From contig CAWAPJ010000002.1 of assembly GCA_963783885.1 (NCBI GenBank), forward strand, positions 1 through 58,049: 58,049 nt of DNA. The letters are read 5' to 3'. Within the stretch, counting starts at the first letter, position 1. Every line of letters begins with the position of its first letter. This DNA is from Waddliaceae bacterium (GTDB taxonomy: Bacteria > Chlamydiota > Chlamydiia > Chlamydiales > SLFE01). This document shows, piece by piece, positions 38,731 to 48,480 of this stretch. Both the position numbers and the translations under genes were made by a program. A model generated the notes under the pieces. The model searched no databases. It saw only the letters and a list, made by a program, of their open reading frames with translations, and was not told the origin of the DNA.

Positions 38731-39813
38731 ATGGCTCAAAACATTCTGAACTCTATCAAAACGCTTTTCCTCGCCTGCTTATTTGTTGTTGCTTCTGAGG
38801 CGGCAGCCCAGGGTTGCAGTCCATGCTGCACCTCTAATGATTGCTGCTGCGAACCGGAGTGTTTTTGTCGATTTCCCAATTTTGATCCGTGCTGCAAGGG
38901 TATTGGAAACCGATTTTTGATCACCGGTGAATTTTTGTGGTGGACTCCGTGCTTCAATAATCTGGATTACGCAATCTTTACAGATGATTTAGGACTTGTC
39001 GGCAACGTTGTTTTTGAAGACGATTCCTACCAAAATGTCCAGCATCAATGGATGCCGGGTTTTCGTGTCGGATTGGAAATCGACCAGGTGTATTGCAATT
39101 GGGATTTGCGGTTCAATTACACTTGGTTTCAGGGAAAAGACAAACAGGATGTCAAAGGGCAGCTGGGTTATGCAACCCCGACCATATTCCATCCCGGAAC
39201 GATTACCTTTTTTGAGTCGTTCAATCAGATTACCGGAAGTCATAAGTATCAGTATCAAACTTTTGAAATTCAGTTCGGGCAGACATTCAAGCTGGCCTGT
39301 TGCCATCGGTTATTCCCCTTCTTTGGACTGGAGGGCGTCAAGTTGGATCAGGTCATTAAATCCAATGGTATTGAAGCCGATGTGACCAGAGCTAAAGTTC
39401 GCTGGGAATCCTGCTATGAAGCTTTAGGATTGGAAATTGGAGCCGATTACCGTTTTCATCTTCTATCTGGCCTGGAGTTTTTTGCTCAAGGAACGTTTAC
39501 CGTTGTCGGCGGCTGCAGCAAGAGCGTCAATCGACAGGAGGATGTCAATGATTCCAGAATTGTTTTTTTCAATACTGACGATAAAATCTGCACTCCGGGA
39601 CTTCACTTGAAAGCTGGGGCCGATTATACAATCGAGTCTTGCGGACATGAATTTCTTGTCACGATTGGTTATGAGTTTATAGAGTGGTTCAACATGCCTC
39701 AAATCCGTCGATTTCTTTCAGATTCTTCCGAAAGTATCGGTTTATCGACATCGGTTAATGGATCACGGATAGGGTTTCATGGATTATTTGTGGGAGTTGG
39801 ATTTAGCATCTGA
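38731..39813 (+). CDS. Lpg1974/MOMP-like outer membrane beta-barrel, paralog 3
   Basis: Cys-rich N-terminus; EFLWWTPCFNNLDYA; PGFRV; GYEFIEWFN; HGLFVGVGFSI. Confidence 0.85.
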   Translation: MAQNILNSIKTLFLACLFVVASEAAAQGCSPCCTSNDCCCEPECFCRFPNFDPCCKGIGNRFLITGEFLWWTPCFNNLDYAIFTDDLGLVGNVVFEDDSYQNVQHQWMPGFRVGLEIDQVYCNWDLRFNYTWFQGKDKQDVKGQLGYATPTIFHPGTITFFESFNQITGSHKYQYQTFEIQFGQTFKLACCHRLFPFFGLEGVKLDQVIKSNGIEADVTRAKVRWESCYEALGLEIGADYRFHLLSGLEFFAQGTFTVVGGCSKSVNRQEDVNDSRIVFFNTDDKICTPGLHLKAGADYTIESCGHEFLVTIGYEFIEWFNMPQIRRFLSDSSESIGLSTSVNGSRIGFHGLFVGVGFSI

Positions 39814-39886
39814 TTTGTATTTTGAAAAAAAAAGAAACTTGATATAACTAAAATATCTCAATCTCAGTGTTTAGGAGACTGGAGTC

Positions 39887-40954
39887 ATGACCATTTCAAC
39901 GCTTAAGACCAGGCTTGCGCTCATTCTGACATGTTTCGCTTTGATTCCAACATTTGTAAATGCCCAAACAATTAGTGAATACGATTCTTGCTGTTCTGAA
40001 GCGTGCAATCCCTTAGCTTCTTGGTGCAGAGGATTCGAAGTGGGGGTCGATTTTATTTATTGGAAGCCTTGCCTAAACGACCTCGATTATGCGATTAAAT
40101 TCGACACCGATCCCAATACCACGAATACAACATCTCAGGGTCGATATGAATACCTCAACCATGACTTTGAGCCGGGATTCCGCGTTTATGGCCTTAAGAA
40201 AGACATTTGGTGCGGATGGGATGTGTGGGGTTCTTATACATGGCTGTTAGCGAATACAAGCGAAAGCCTAATCCCCCCTGTGCCAAACGGTGTGATCTTT
40301 TCCACTCTGGATCACGGGGGGCTGGATATAGGGGGCATCACGCAAATAGACGCAAGCCACAGCTTCCGGTACCAATCTTTCGATGTTCTTTTCCGTTACG
40401 AGTTCAATTGTTTCGGTCCTTGCAATTCTCTCATACCTTTTTGGGGAATCGAGGGGATCAAAATCGATCAGGATACGGATTCTTTTGCTGTCGGATCATT
40501 TGGCGGCAACTCCGCCACATACAAAGTTCATTGGGATTCCGAAGTGCTGGCCCTGGGACTTAAGGTTGGAACCGAGTACTGGTATTCGATTTGCAATGGA
40601 TTCAAGTGGTTTACAAATGCTTCGCTCAGTGTTGTTGGAGGGAGTAACGATACGGTCAACACTCAAAGACGTGACATTTTAGAATCCATTCCCAACAATG
40701 AGGAATATAAATTTACAAACTGTACAGATATTTGTCTGCCAGGATGCCACCTCATGGCCGGACTTAGCTATGAGAAAGATTGGTGTGGTATGTTATTGAG
40801 AGCCCGAATAGGCTATGAATTTCTTGACTGGTGGAATATTCCCCAAATTCGCCGGTTCTTTAACGATGGCAATGAGTTTGGTATTTCAACAGGGGCTGTC
40901 GGATCTAATTTAGCCCTTCATGGGCTCTTTGTCGGCTTGGATGCCGGATTCTAA
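39887..40954 (+). CDS. Lpg1974/MOMP-like outer membrane beta-barrel, paralog 4
   Basis: DFIYWKPCLNDLDYA; PGFRV; GYEFLDWWN; HGLFVGLDAGF. Confidence 0.85.
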   Translation: MTISTLKTRLALILTCFALIPTFVNAQTISEYDSCCSEACNPLASWCRGFEVGVDFIYWKPCLNDLDYAIKFDTDPNTTNTTSQGRYEYLNHDFEPGFRVYGLKKDIWCGWDVWGSYTWLLANTSESLIPPVPNGVIFSTLDHGGLDIGGITQIDASHSFRYQSFDVLFRYEFNCFGPCNSLIPFWGIEGIKIDQDTDSFAVGSFGGNSATYKVHWDSEVLALGLKVGTEYWYSICNGFKWFTNASLSVVGGSNDTVNTQRRDILESIPNNEEYKFTNCTDICLPGCHLMAGLSYEKDWCGMLLRARIGYEFLDWWNIPQIRRFFNDGNEFGISTGAVGSNLALHGLFVGLDAGF

Positions 40955-40956
40955 GA

Positions 40957-41973
40957 TTGGAGTGTAACGTGTTTTTAAAAAATCAAACGATTCAAGTTTT
41001 CTTTCTTGCAATTTTGATGCTTGCATCCTTGCTGTCAGCGGATGACAGAGGGGGTGTTGCGGGTTATCAGAGCCGCCATATCTCCAACAAAGAACAACAT
41101 GGCTGTATCGAAGCGGGATGCCAAACAAATTCTAAAGATAAAAAAAACACCAAACAAGAAGAGGATGACACTCCGCAAGTCTGGTACAGAAAACCTCGCA
41201 TTGCCGCACCTCCGTCGCCTCCTGGCCCTTATCACCCCGCCCGTAAAAACGCCATGACGTCTGCTGTCAATGCTCCCAAGCCGGCAAGTAATCCTATGCC
41301 TTATAATCCGGATTATGAGGATGACGGATACGGTGATGAATATTATGATCCTGCCTATGACTACGATGATCGAGATTATTACAATCCTTCATATGACTAC
41401 GATGATCGAGATTATTACAATCCTTCATATGACTACGATGATCGAGATTATTACAATCCTTCATATGACTACGATGATCCCGGGTACGGTAATAATTATT
41501 CTGGGCCTGAATACGAATATTATGAAGAGTATCCATATGAGTGTAATCAAAAACCTCGCTCCAAATGGAATAAATTCCTTTTTCCCGCAGCCGTGACAAT
41601 AGCCGGCGTTTCAGCAGGAGCTGTTTACGCAACGAGAAACAATCATCATTGCAAGGAATCAGAACAAGTTGTTTCTGAAGAAGGTGAATCGTTTCTTACT
41701 TTCGACCTTGCATCGGACAATGGGAATATAACAAACGAACTCGAAATCCTGGATCAGAATAGCAATATTGTGCAATTCTCTCAGGTCAATACAAATGGAG
41801 AGACAGTTTCCAGCCAGACGTTTGGCGATCGGCAGTTTACAGTAAGAGTTGCGTCTGTTTCTGATAGTGCAGACTCTTTGGAAATCAAAGCCTATTTTAA
41901 TTCTTCGCTCTACGAAACACAAACGATTTTCAAGCCTCAAGTTGGAGATTTCGTCACTTTTACAACTCCATAG
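40957..41973 (+). CDS. Hypothetical exported/membrane protein with Pro-rich linker and Tyr/Asp-rich repeats
   Basis: Signal-like hydrophobic N-terminus, PPSPPGP, YDYDDRDYYNPS repeats, internal TM-like segment; true start uncertain. Confidence 0.7.
   Translation: MECNVFLKNQTIQVFFLAILMLASLLSADDRGGVAGYQSRHISNKEQHGCIEAGCQTNSKDKKNTKQEEDDTPQVWYRKPRIAAPPSPPGPYHPARKNAMTSAVNAPKPASNPMPYNPDYEDDGYGDEYYDPAYDYDDRDYYNPSYDYDDRDYYNPSYDYDDRDYYNPSYDYDDPGYGNNYSGPEYEYYEEYPYECNQKPRSKWNKFLFPAAVTIAGVSAGAVYATRNNHHCKESEQVVSEEGESFLTFDLASDNGNITNELEILDQNSNIVQFSQVNTNGETVSSQTFGDRQFTVRVASVSDSADSLEIKAYFNSSLYETQTIFKPQVGDFVTFTTP
41356..41479. repeat. 36-bp perfect tandem repeat, 3 copies plus a partial (in frame, YDYDDRDYYNPS)
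   Basis: tatgactacgatgatcgagattattacaatccttca at 41356, 41392 and 41428; partial at 41464. Confidence 0.95.
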
Positions 41974-42060
41974 AGCTGTATTTGTCAACAACAATTCCCG
42001 TAGAAATTTTCACCAAAAAAAGATCGTAAGAGTCCGCAAAAAGAAGGTTATGATTTTTAT

Positions 42061-42386
42061 CTAAACTCGCCGAAAAACCTCTTCTTTTAGGAAGAGGATG
42101 TAAGGCGTTTTGTTTTAAATTCCCTTCCATGTTAGCATTTTCCTGTCTTTAGAGACATGCCGTCGGGCAGACGGAAGTTAAAGTCTGTGGAGAGAATGTG
42201 AGACCTGGGGGACATGAGTTGGTACAAAACCGTAAAAGTCCCCACGGCGGGATAATTACGGCGAAAACCAAGCCATTTCCTCTGGGCGGTCTCGGTGAAG
42301 CAGAAACCTGCTGGAAAGCATGGCAAGTACAGCCCTTGTGAGTCATCATAAGGAATTCCCTTCGTTTACGTGGAAGAGGATGTCAA
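42061..42386 (+). mobile_element. Non-autonomous IS200/IS605-family derivative (PATE-like), no tnpA/tnpB
   Basis: TTTAT immediately 5'; left-end hairpin CCTCTTC-TTTTAG-GAAGAGG (42078-42097); right-end hairpin ending GGAAGAGGATGTCAA; both ends share GGAAGAGGATGT. Confidence 0.75.
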
Positions 42387-42406
42387 AATAAAACTATCTC
42401 TTTGAC
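42159..42406 (+). ncRNA. Putative TnpB omegaRNA (reRNA) scaffold plus flanking guide
   Basis: tnpB-3'-type sequence GCCGTCGGGCAGACGG...GTCTGTGGAG...TGAAGCAGAAAC...GGAATTCCC...TCAA; paired stems GAGACC/GGTCTC and GGGGAC/GTCCCC; boundaries approximate. Confidence 0.6.
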
Positions 42407-42532
42407 CTTTGTGGTAAATGAATAACGCTGTTGCATAAATCACCACCGAGTCGGGGGTGATTTATGCAAAAACGCCTATGAATACTTAACATTGAGTTGA
42501 TTGTACTGCGGCAGCTAAACGAATGTGAAGGC

Positions 42533-42559
42533 AAAAAAAGGGAAGGTTTCCCTTCCCTT
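42533..42559 (-). terminator. Rho-independent terminator for the 42571-43674 gene
   Basis: Minus strand AAGGGAAGG-GAAA-CCTTCCC followed by T7. Confidence 0.75.
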
Positions 42560-42570
42560 AGCATGATCGT

Positions 42571-43674
42571 TTATGGCGACGGCGCAATCGGCAGGGTCAG
42601 GAGCGGCTGCTCCGGACATCCGCTTTGGAGGGCCATCAATTGGGCGAGCATAGAAAACGTCGATTTAGACGAAAGATCCCTGTCGTCAATATAGAAGATG
42701 GACCCGCGATAACATACCGAAACAAATGGGCAGGGATAGCACTCTTTTTTGAGTTTGAGGGGATGACTGTGAACTGCAAAAAGATTGGCAAGTACATTAT
42801 TTTCCCAGTCAAAAATATTTCCCATTTGATCGGTTGTCAAAGTGACTCGTCCAGACATTTCATCACGGGTCGGCACAGCGACGCCATGAGAAAGGTAATA
42901 GAGAACACTGAGCGGCGACCTGGTTTCGATGGTGATCTCATTGCCCTGGTGATGCCTTCCGTGATATCGGCTCAGGTGAAATTCGTAGGTACCGGGGGTC
43001 AGCTCCAAAATATTCCAGAATCTGTTCATGACATTGAGATTGGCGTGGTTCTCTTCAACGTGGAGAACATAGTGGGCTTTCCCTTCTTCATCTTTTTTCT
43101 TATCGATGTGAAGAGCGTCGTGGTTGTCGAGTTCCTGAAATATTTGGGCGAGTTCGAGGAATTCTTTATACACCGGTTCGGTATGGGGCGTTGGACCCGA
43201 GGCTCTGGTGGCATTTCTCACATTATTCATTCGCTGAATGCAGCAGCGCAAGAGTCTTTCGGTTTTCCACCCGGAAGCGTTGAGCAGCAAAAAGGTATCG
43301 AACTTAATGGGGGCTAAAAGCTGTTCGACAAAACTTTTCCCTGAAAGGGGATTGTAAGTTGTAGTCGGTTTTTCCGAGTACTCTAGGCCGATCGAGGGTT
43401 TCCAGCCGACACTCGGAAAATCCGTATTGCCTGTCTCAAACGCGTTATTGAACGATCGCTTGAAGTCATAAGAGGCGGAAACAACGCCGACATCGAGGAA
43501 AGAAGGAGTATCCCGATAGCGGAGGCGGACGATATTCAGTAATAATTGCCTGTCAGCGCCGGTCTGAATGGCTTCATTGTAGTAGACGCTGTCCTGGCGA
43601 AGATTGCGCGGGCCAACTTTGATTCCGCAGCTGGTTGCGACAATGCATATAAGGGGAAGTAGTAGTTTTCTCAT
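42571..43674 (-). CDS. Hypothetical lipoprotein
   Basis: Lipobox ATSC; YNEAIQ...QLLLNIVRLRYRDTP.FL; PT.TY.PL.G..F; DD.DL.SKSTF. Confidence 0.8.
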   Translation of the reverse strand: MRKLLLPLICIVATSCGIKVGPRNLRQDSVYYNEAIQTGADRQLLLNIVRLRYRDTPSFLDVGVVSASYDFKRSFNNAFETGNTDFPSVGWKPSIGLEYSEKPTTTYNPLSGKSFVEQLLAPIKFDTFLLLNASGWKTERLLRCCIQRMNNVRNATRASGPTPHTEPVYKEFLELAQIFQELDNHDALHIDKKKDEEGKAHYVLHVEENHANLNVMNRFWNILELTPGTYEFHLSRYHGRHHQGNEITIETRSPLSVLYYLSHGVAVPTRDEMSGRVTLTTDQMGNIFDWENNVLANLFAVHSHPLKLKKECYPCPFVSVCYRGSIFYIDDRDLSSKSTFSMLAQLMALQSGCPEQPLLTLPIAPSP

Positions 43675-43739
43675 GAGTTCAAATTCCTGGTTTTAACATT
43701 ATGTCTGGATTAAAATCATAACCCGGCAGTCACTTAATT

Positions 43740-44360
43740 TCAACCGGAGATTTTTGAACAGATAGGGCATTTTTTAGGATCGTGCTTTTTCGCCTGGCAA
43801 AACTTGCGGGCAAAATAAATAATTTGCAGATGGAGTTTGATCCATGAATCTTCTGGAAAAACTTTTTTTAGATCCTTTTCTGTTTGGACGACGTTTTTTC
43901 CGGAACTCAGGCCCCACCGCTTGGCCAAGCGGTGAATGTGGGTGTCGACAGGGAAGGCCGGTTTGTGAAATGCCTGGGCCATCACGACAGAAGCGGTTTT
44001 ATGCCCCACGCCGGGAAGGGCTTCCAGTTCCTCAAAGGTGTCGGGGACCTTTCCTCCATGGTTTTCAAGCAATTGCTTGGATAAGTTCCATATGGCTTTG
44101 GCTTTGCTCGGCGCCAGTCCGCACGGGCGGATAATGTCTTCGATCTCGTCAACGGGCAGCCGGACCATCTTTTCCGGAGTGCGGGCTTTTTTAAATAGTT
44201 TAGGGGTTGTCAGATTGACTCTGGCATCTGTGCATTGGGCTGAAAGAAGGACTGCTATCAGAAGGGTGTAGTTATCCGTGTGGTCCAAGGGTATAGGGGG
44301 ATTGGGAAAAAGTTTATCGAGTATTTTTTGGATGAGGGCGGCTTTTTCTTTTTTTTTCAT
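43740..44360 (-). CDS. nth: Endonuclease III
   Basis: LLSAQCTD, LPGVGHKTA HhH, VDTH; start overlaps the mnmE stop. Confidence 0.95.
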   Translation of the reverse strand: MKKKEKAALIQKILDKLFPNPPIPLDHTDNYTLLIAVLLSAQCTDARVNLTTPKLFKKARTPEKMVRLPVDEIEDIIRPCGLAPSKAKAIWNLSKQLLENHGGKVPDTFEELEALPGVGHKTASVVMAQAFHKPAFPVDTHIHRLAKRWGLSSGKNVVQTEKDLKKVFPEDSWIKLHLQIIYFARKFCQAKKHDPKKCPICSKISG

Positions 44361-45736
44361 TTTCCAATACAAAATTTGGAGAAGATAGCGCTTAAAATAT
44401 CTTCGGTTATGTCGATTCCAATGATTTTTCCGAGCTCTGCCAGTGTCTGCCGCATGTCGAGGGACAGAAATTCCGGAGAGTGTTTCTCTTTGAGGCCAAC
44501 GATGAGGTTTTCGCAATGAGATAGTGCTTTTTCAATCGCTTCTTTATGGCGTACGTTGGTGATCAGCACTTCTTCAAAAGATGGGGGGCCTCGGTTCCAG
44601 ACGATGTCGTCGATTTGTTTTTTCAATGCGTCGAATCCCTGTTTTGTTTTGGCCGATATCGTGGCGGTGTGGGAAAATTGCAAAGAGGGAGGCTTATCGT
44701 GCGGAAGGTCGGCTTTATTCCAAACCGCGAGGGTTTTGTGCCTGGGGACAATTTCGAAGAGTTTGCGGTCGAGAGTCGAAATCCCACTTTGCAAGTCGAG
44801 GACGAGAAGGACTAAGTCGGCCTCGTTCATCGCTTTTTGCGAGCGGACAACCCCTTCCTTTTCGATGAGATCTTCGGTTTCTCTGATGCCGGCCGTATCG
44901 GTTAAGCGAAAGTTCAGACCATTTAAGCGGAGGTGGTCTTCGAGGATGTCCCGGGTGGTGCCGGGGATGTGGGAAACGATGGCCCTATCGCGGTCTAGCA
45001 TGGCGTTCATCAGCGAGGATTTCCCCACATTGGGGCTTCCCACCAGGCAGAGGGAGATGCCGTTTTGGGCGATCTTTCCGTCGTGGAATGTTTCGCTGAG
45101 AGTTTTCATGTCGTCTTTAACAGCTGATAAGTGTTTCACAACCTCTTCAATGCTTGCGAATTCAATGTCTTCTTCGGGAAAGTCGACCCACGCTTCAAGC
45201 ATCGCGGCAATGTCGGTGAGGCGGATTTGAAATGAGCGGATTTTTTCCGACAGCGCCCCCTGCAGCTGCTGCTCGGCGGCGTTAACGGCATGTTCATTTT
45301 TGGCGGAGACGAGCGCCTGTATGGCCTCTGCCTGCGCCAAATCGAGTTTGCCGTTCATAAAGGCTTTGAAGGAAAATTCTCCGGGCCAGGCCTGCCGGGC
45401 CCCCGCTTTCAGAACGACGTCCAGTACGCGGCGGGTGATGAGCGCGCCGCCGTGGCAGTGGATTTCCACAGTGTCTTCGCCGGTGAACGACCGTTTTCCC
45501 AGCATAGGAAGCAGCAAGGCGTCGTCGATATGGCGTCCCTTTTCATCGATGATGTGTCCAAAATGTGCAGTATGTGAATCATAAGTTTCTACAGGTCCCG
45601 AAAAGACCCGGCCTGCAACCGAGACGGCCTCTTTGCCTGAAATGCGGATAATCGCCACCCCCCCTTCTCCCGGAGGCGTCGCAATCGCGGCTATTGTTTC
45701 TCCGGGCTGATAGGGTTGGTGGATAAAGGATTCCAT
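44357..45736 (-). CDS. mnmE: tRNA modification GTPase MnmE
   Basis: TIAAIATP, GSPNVGKSS, GTTRD, DTAG, NKAD, FCIGK. Confidence 0.98.
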   Translation of the reverse strand: MESFIHQPYQPGETIAAIATPPGEGGVAIIRISGKEAVSVAGRVFSGPVETYDSHTAHFGHIIDEKGRHIDDALLLPMLGKRSFTGEDTVEIHCHGGALITRRVLDVVLKAGARQAWPGEFSFKAFMNGKLDLAQAEAIQALVSAKNEHAVNAAEQQLQGALSEKIRSFQIRLTDIAAMLEAWVDFPEEDIEFASIEEVVKHLSAVKDDMKTLSETFHDGKIAQNGISLCLVGSPNVGKSSLMNAMLDRDRAIVSHIPGTTRDILEDHLRLNGLNFRLTDTAGIRETEDLIEKEGVVRSQKAMNEADLVLLVLDLQSGISTLDRKLFEIVPRHKTLAVWNKADLPHDKPPSLQFSHTATISAKTKQGFDALKKQIDDIVWNRGPPSFEEVLITNVRHKEAIEKALSHCENLIVGLKEKHSPEFLSLDMRQTLAELGKIIGIDITEDILSAIFSKFCIGK

Positions 45737-45747
45737 AAGATTAGATT

Positions 45748-46572
45748 TTAGGTTTTATCCGGCAAGGCATTTTGGTACTCGGTCACCACGCAAAGATAGG
45801 CAACTACAAGTCCGGTTCCGACAATCATCAAAGTAGGCGCGCCGAAAAGACACATTGTGATGACGGCGATTTTTCCGAGGTTTTCGACGCTCTTGAGTTC
45901 TTGCAAGACCACCTTGCCCCAGTTGACTTCTTTGCCTTCTTCTTTGGCTTTTTTCATCTCTGCCCGCACTTTGCTGAAGCATTGGTAACCCGAGATTCCG
46001 AGGAAAACAATCAAACTGACATTTCTTACGGTGTTGAGGCTGATGGAAGTTAAGCAATTGGCGACTGACGCGAGGTTATTGCCGCCGATAGCAAAGGCAA
46101 TTTTTGCTGTGTATGTGGTGAATGCCTGTCCAAGAAGGGCTACTTGTGGGACAAAACAGGTTTTTACGGCGATGTAGGCTGTGGCCAGAGTGGCGACCGT
46201 CAGCGCGACAATTTTTACGGCATAAGGAATTTGATATTTGCAATTAATCCCTGCGGTATTGGCAATCCCTTTTACATCTTTCCCTGGCTTGAAAATACTT
46301 CTGTCAATGAATCCATGGGCGAGGCCGTAGCCGTCCACAAAGAGTTTGCTTGTCAGATCGAGCACGGTGCTTGTAGCTTTCAGTTGGGGCAAGACGGGAA
46401 TACTTCTGAATGCCAAGCTGAGCATATTGAACGCGGAGGCGGCCAGTTTTACAGTCTTGGCGGTGGCTTTTATGTTGTTTTCTTTCCAAATTGTGTAAAG
46501 CATATTGTCAGGGTGGCGAAGAGGGCGGAATAAAGCTGTTGGCACTGATTGGGCTTTGTATATTTCGGACAT
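45748..46572 (-). CDS. Hypothetical multi-hydrophobic-segment protein
   Basis: 274-aa ORF with AGGAG RBS; several hydrophobic helices; inserted between mnmE and psd. Confidence 0.7.
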   Translation of the reverse strand: MSEIYKAQSVPTALFRPLRHPDNMLYTIWKENNIKATAKTVKLAASAFNMLSLAFRSIPVLPQLKATSTVLDLTSKLFVDGYGLAHGFIDRSIFKPGKDVKGIANTAGINCKYQIPYAVKIVALTVATLATAYIAVKTCFVPQVALLGQAFTTYTAKIAFAIGGNNLASVANCLTSISLNTVRNVSLIVFLGISGYQCFSKVRAEMKKAKEEGKEVNWGKVVLQELKSVENLGKIAVITMCLFGAPTLMIVGTGLVVAYLCVVTEYQNALPDKT

Positions 46573-46755
46573 TTCGGTTCTCCTTTTTATGATCGTGCAA
46601 ATGAATGAAAATTATATGATTATAGTGATTTTAAAACAATATAGATTGAGCTTTAGACTCACATTGTGATATCATCTGTGTGATGATAAAAATAAAATTT
46701 TTAATTTTCTTTACATTTTTTTCCAGTATTGCCGAGAAGCAGCAGGGCGATTAAT

Positions 46756-47628
46756 ATGATCGAGGTCATCAATCGGGAAACGGGTCAGATTGAAACGGAA
46801 AAGATCTACGGTGAGAAAGCCCTCCGTTTTATCACAGGGAGCCGCTGGTATCAAAAAATGGCGCTTTCCTTCGCATGCCGATTTCCTTTTTGCTCAATAT
46901 TGTACGGATGGTTTCAATCGCTTCCTCTGACCAGATGGAAAATAGCGGGCTTTGTGAAGCAATTCGAGCTCGACATGTCGCAATTTGAAAAGCAGGTGAA
47001 TGAATACCGTTCGTTCAATGATTTTTTTACCCGGAAACTGCAGGCGGGATCGCGCCTGATCGCCCAGGGAGACGCTGTTATCATCCCCGCCGACGGACGG
47101 TATATGTTTTACAAAAATATCGATTCTTCCTCGGGATTTGTTATCAAGGGAAAGACATTCTTTCTCGAGACGTTTCTTAAAGATTCCCGGCTCGCTAAAA
47201 GATATGAAAACGGAAGCCTGGCGATAGGCCGTTTGGCCCCTTCCGATTATCACCGGGTTCATTTCCCCTGCGACGGGCTCCCCTCCGAGTCCCGAATCAT
47301 CAATGGGCCGCTTTATTCGGTGAATCCCCTCGCGAACCTCGCTGCGCTTGCCGAAAACAAGCGCTCTATTTGCGAGCTGGAGACCGAAAAGTATGGGAAA
47401 ATTCTTATGATTGAAATCGGGGCGACCAATGTCGGTTCAATTCATCAAACCTATGAGCCAAACCGTCCCGTTGAAAAGGGGATGGAAAAATCCTATTTTT
47501 CTTTTGGCGGTTCGGCAATAGCTTTAGTTTTTGAGCCCGGCAAGGCGGTGTTCAGTTCCGATCTTCTCGCTTATTCCCAAAAGGGGCGCGAAATTTTGTG
47601 CCGCATGGGCCAGCCTATGGTATCTTAA
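46756..47628 (+). CDS. psd: Phosphatidylserine decarboxylase
   Basis: FNDFFTRKL, PADG, RLAPSDYHR.H.P, YSVNP, GATNVGSI, FGGS processing motif. Confidence 0.95.
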   Translation: MIEVINRETGQIETEKIYGEKALRFITGSRWYQKMALSFACRFPFCSILYGWFQSLPLTRWKIAGFVKQFELDMSQFEKQVNEYRSFNDFFTRKLQAGSRLIAQGDAVIIPADGRYMFYKNIDSSSGFVIKGKTFFLETFLKDSRLAKRYENGSLAIGRLAPSDYHRVHFPCDGLPSESRIINGPLYSVNPLANLAALAENKRSICELETEKYGKILMIEIGATNVGSIHQTYEPNRPVEKGMEKSYFSFGGSAIALVFEPGKAVFSSDLLAYSQKGREILCRMGQPMVS

Positions 47629-48374
47629 CGGCTGGAACGGACCTTGGAGAGCAGCCGCAAAATTTCTATATAGAGCCAAACCAAAGTGACCATCAGCGCG
47701 AAGGCGCCGTACCACTCCATGTATTTCGGAACGCCTGCCGAGGATCCTTTTTCAATCACATCAAAGTCGATAATGAGATTCAGGGCGGCAATGACCACAA
47801 CGACAAGGCTGAATCCGATGCCGGCCCAGCCATTGCCGTAAATGAATCCGAAATGGATTCCGAAAAAACTCAGAATCAGGGAGGCAAAGTAGACAAGAAA
47901 AATGGCGCCGGTCGCGGCGACTATTCCCAGCTTGAATTTTTCTGTGGCCTTTATCAGCCCTGTCGAGTAGGCAAAAAGCATCACTGCCAGCGTGCCGAAT
48001 GTGAGCGCGACGGCCTGAACGACGATCCCCGGGTATTGTGCGTTGAGGATCGAAGAGATGCTGCCGAGGAACAGGCCCTCGAAAAGGGCGTATATCGGGG
48101 CGGAAATGGGAGCCCACTCTTTTTTGAAAATCGTTGCGACTGCGGCAATCAGCCCTCCTATAATTCCTCCGATCATCCAGGGGGTAAGGGCTGCGGGGTT
48201 TGCCGACTTGAGAAACAGTCCCCAGGTGTATCCGGCTGTCAGCAGGACGCATCCAAGAAGGATGAATGTTTTTAAGACAGTTCCCCCGATTGTCATCGCA
48301 TTGCTTGGCCGGGCATGGCTTCTTAAGCCGGAAAAGGTGCCTTGTGTCAAGGCCGGGTTGGCAGAACGCATCAT
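47625..48374 (-). CDS. Bax inhibitor-1/YccA family membrane protein
   Basis: MT..G...KT, YPGIVVQAV, NL..DFD.I, EWY.AF.LMVTLVWLYIEILRL. Confidence 0.9.
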   Translation of the reverse strand: MMRSANPALTQGTFSGLRSHARPSNAMTIGGTVLKTFILLGCVLLTAGYTWGLFLKSANPAALTPWMIGGIIGGLIAAVATIFKKEWAPISAPIYALFEGLFLGSISSILNAQYPGIVVQAVALTFGTLAVMLFAYSTGLIKATEKFKLGIVAATGAIFLVYFASLILSFFGIHFGFIYGNGWAGIGFSLVVVVIAALNLIIDFDVIEKGSSAGVPKYMEWYGAFALMVTLVWLYIEILRLLSKVRSSR

Positions 48375-48480
48375 AATTTAAGTCTCCTATATTGTATTCA
48401 GACCTATTATAAATGATGGTTCACTTGTAGAAAACAAGTTTTTGAGGTACAATATATTCTTGTAATGGAGCAGGATTCGC

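Noticed and set aside
41356-41479. 36-bp repeats as a CRISPR array
   Set aside because: The units are contiguous with no spacers, lie in frame in a CDS, and no cas genes are present.
42432-42467. GCATAAATCACC/GGTGATTTATGC hairpin as part of the IS605 mini-element
   Set aside because: It lies outside the TCAA right end; likely a separate small palindrome.
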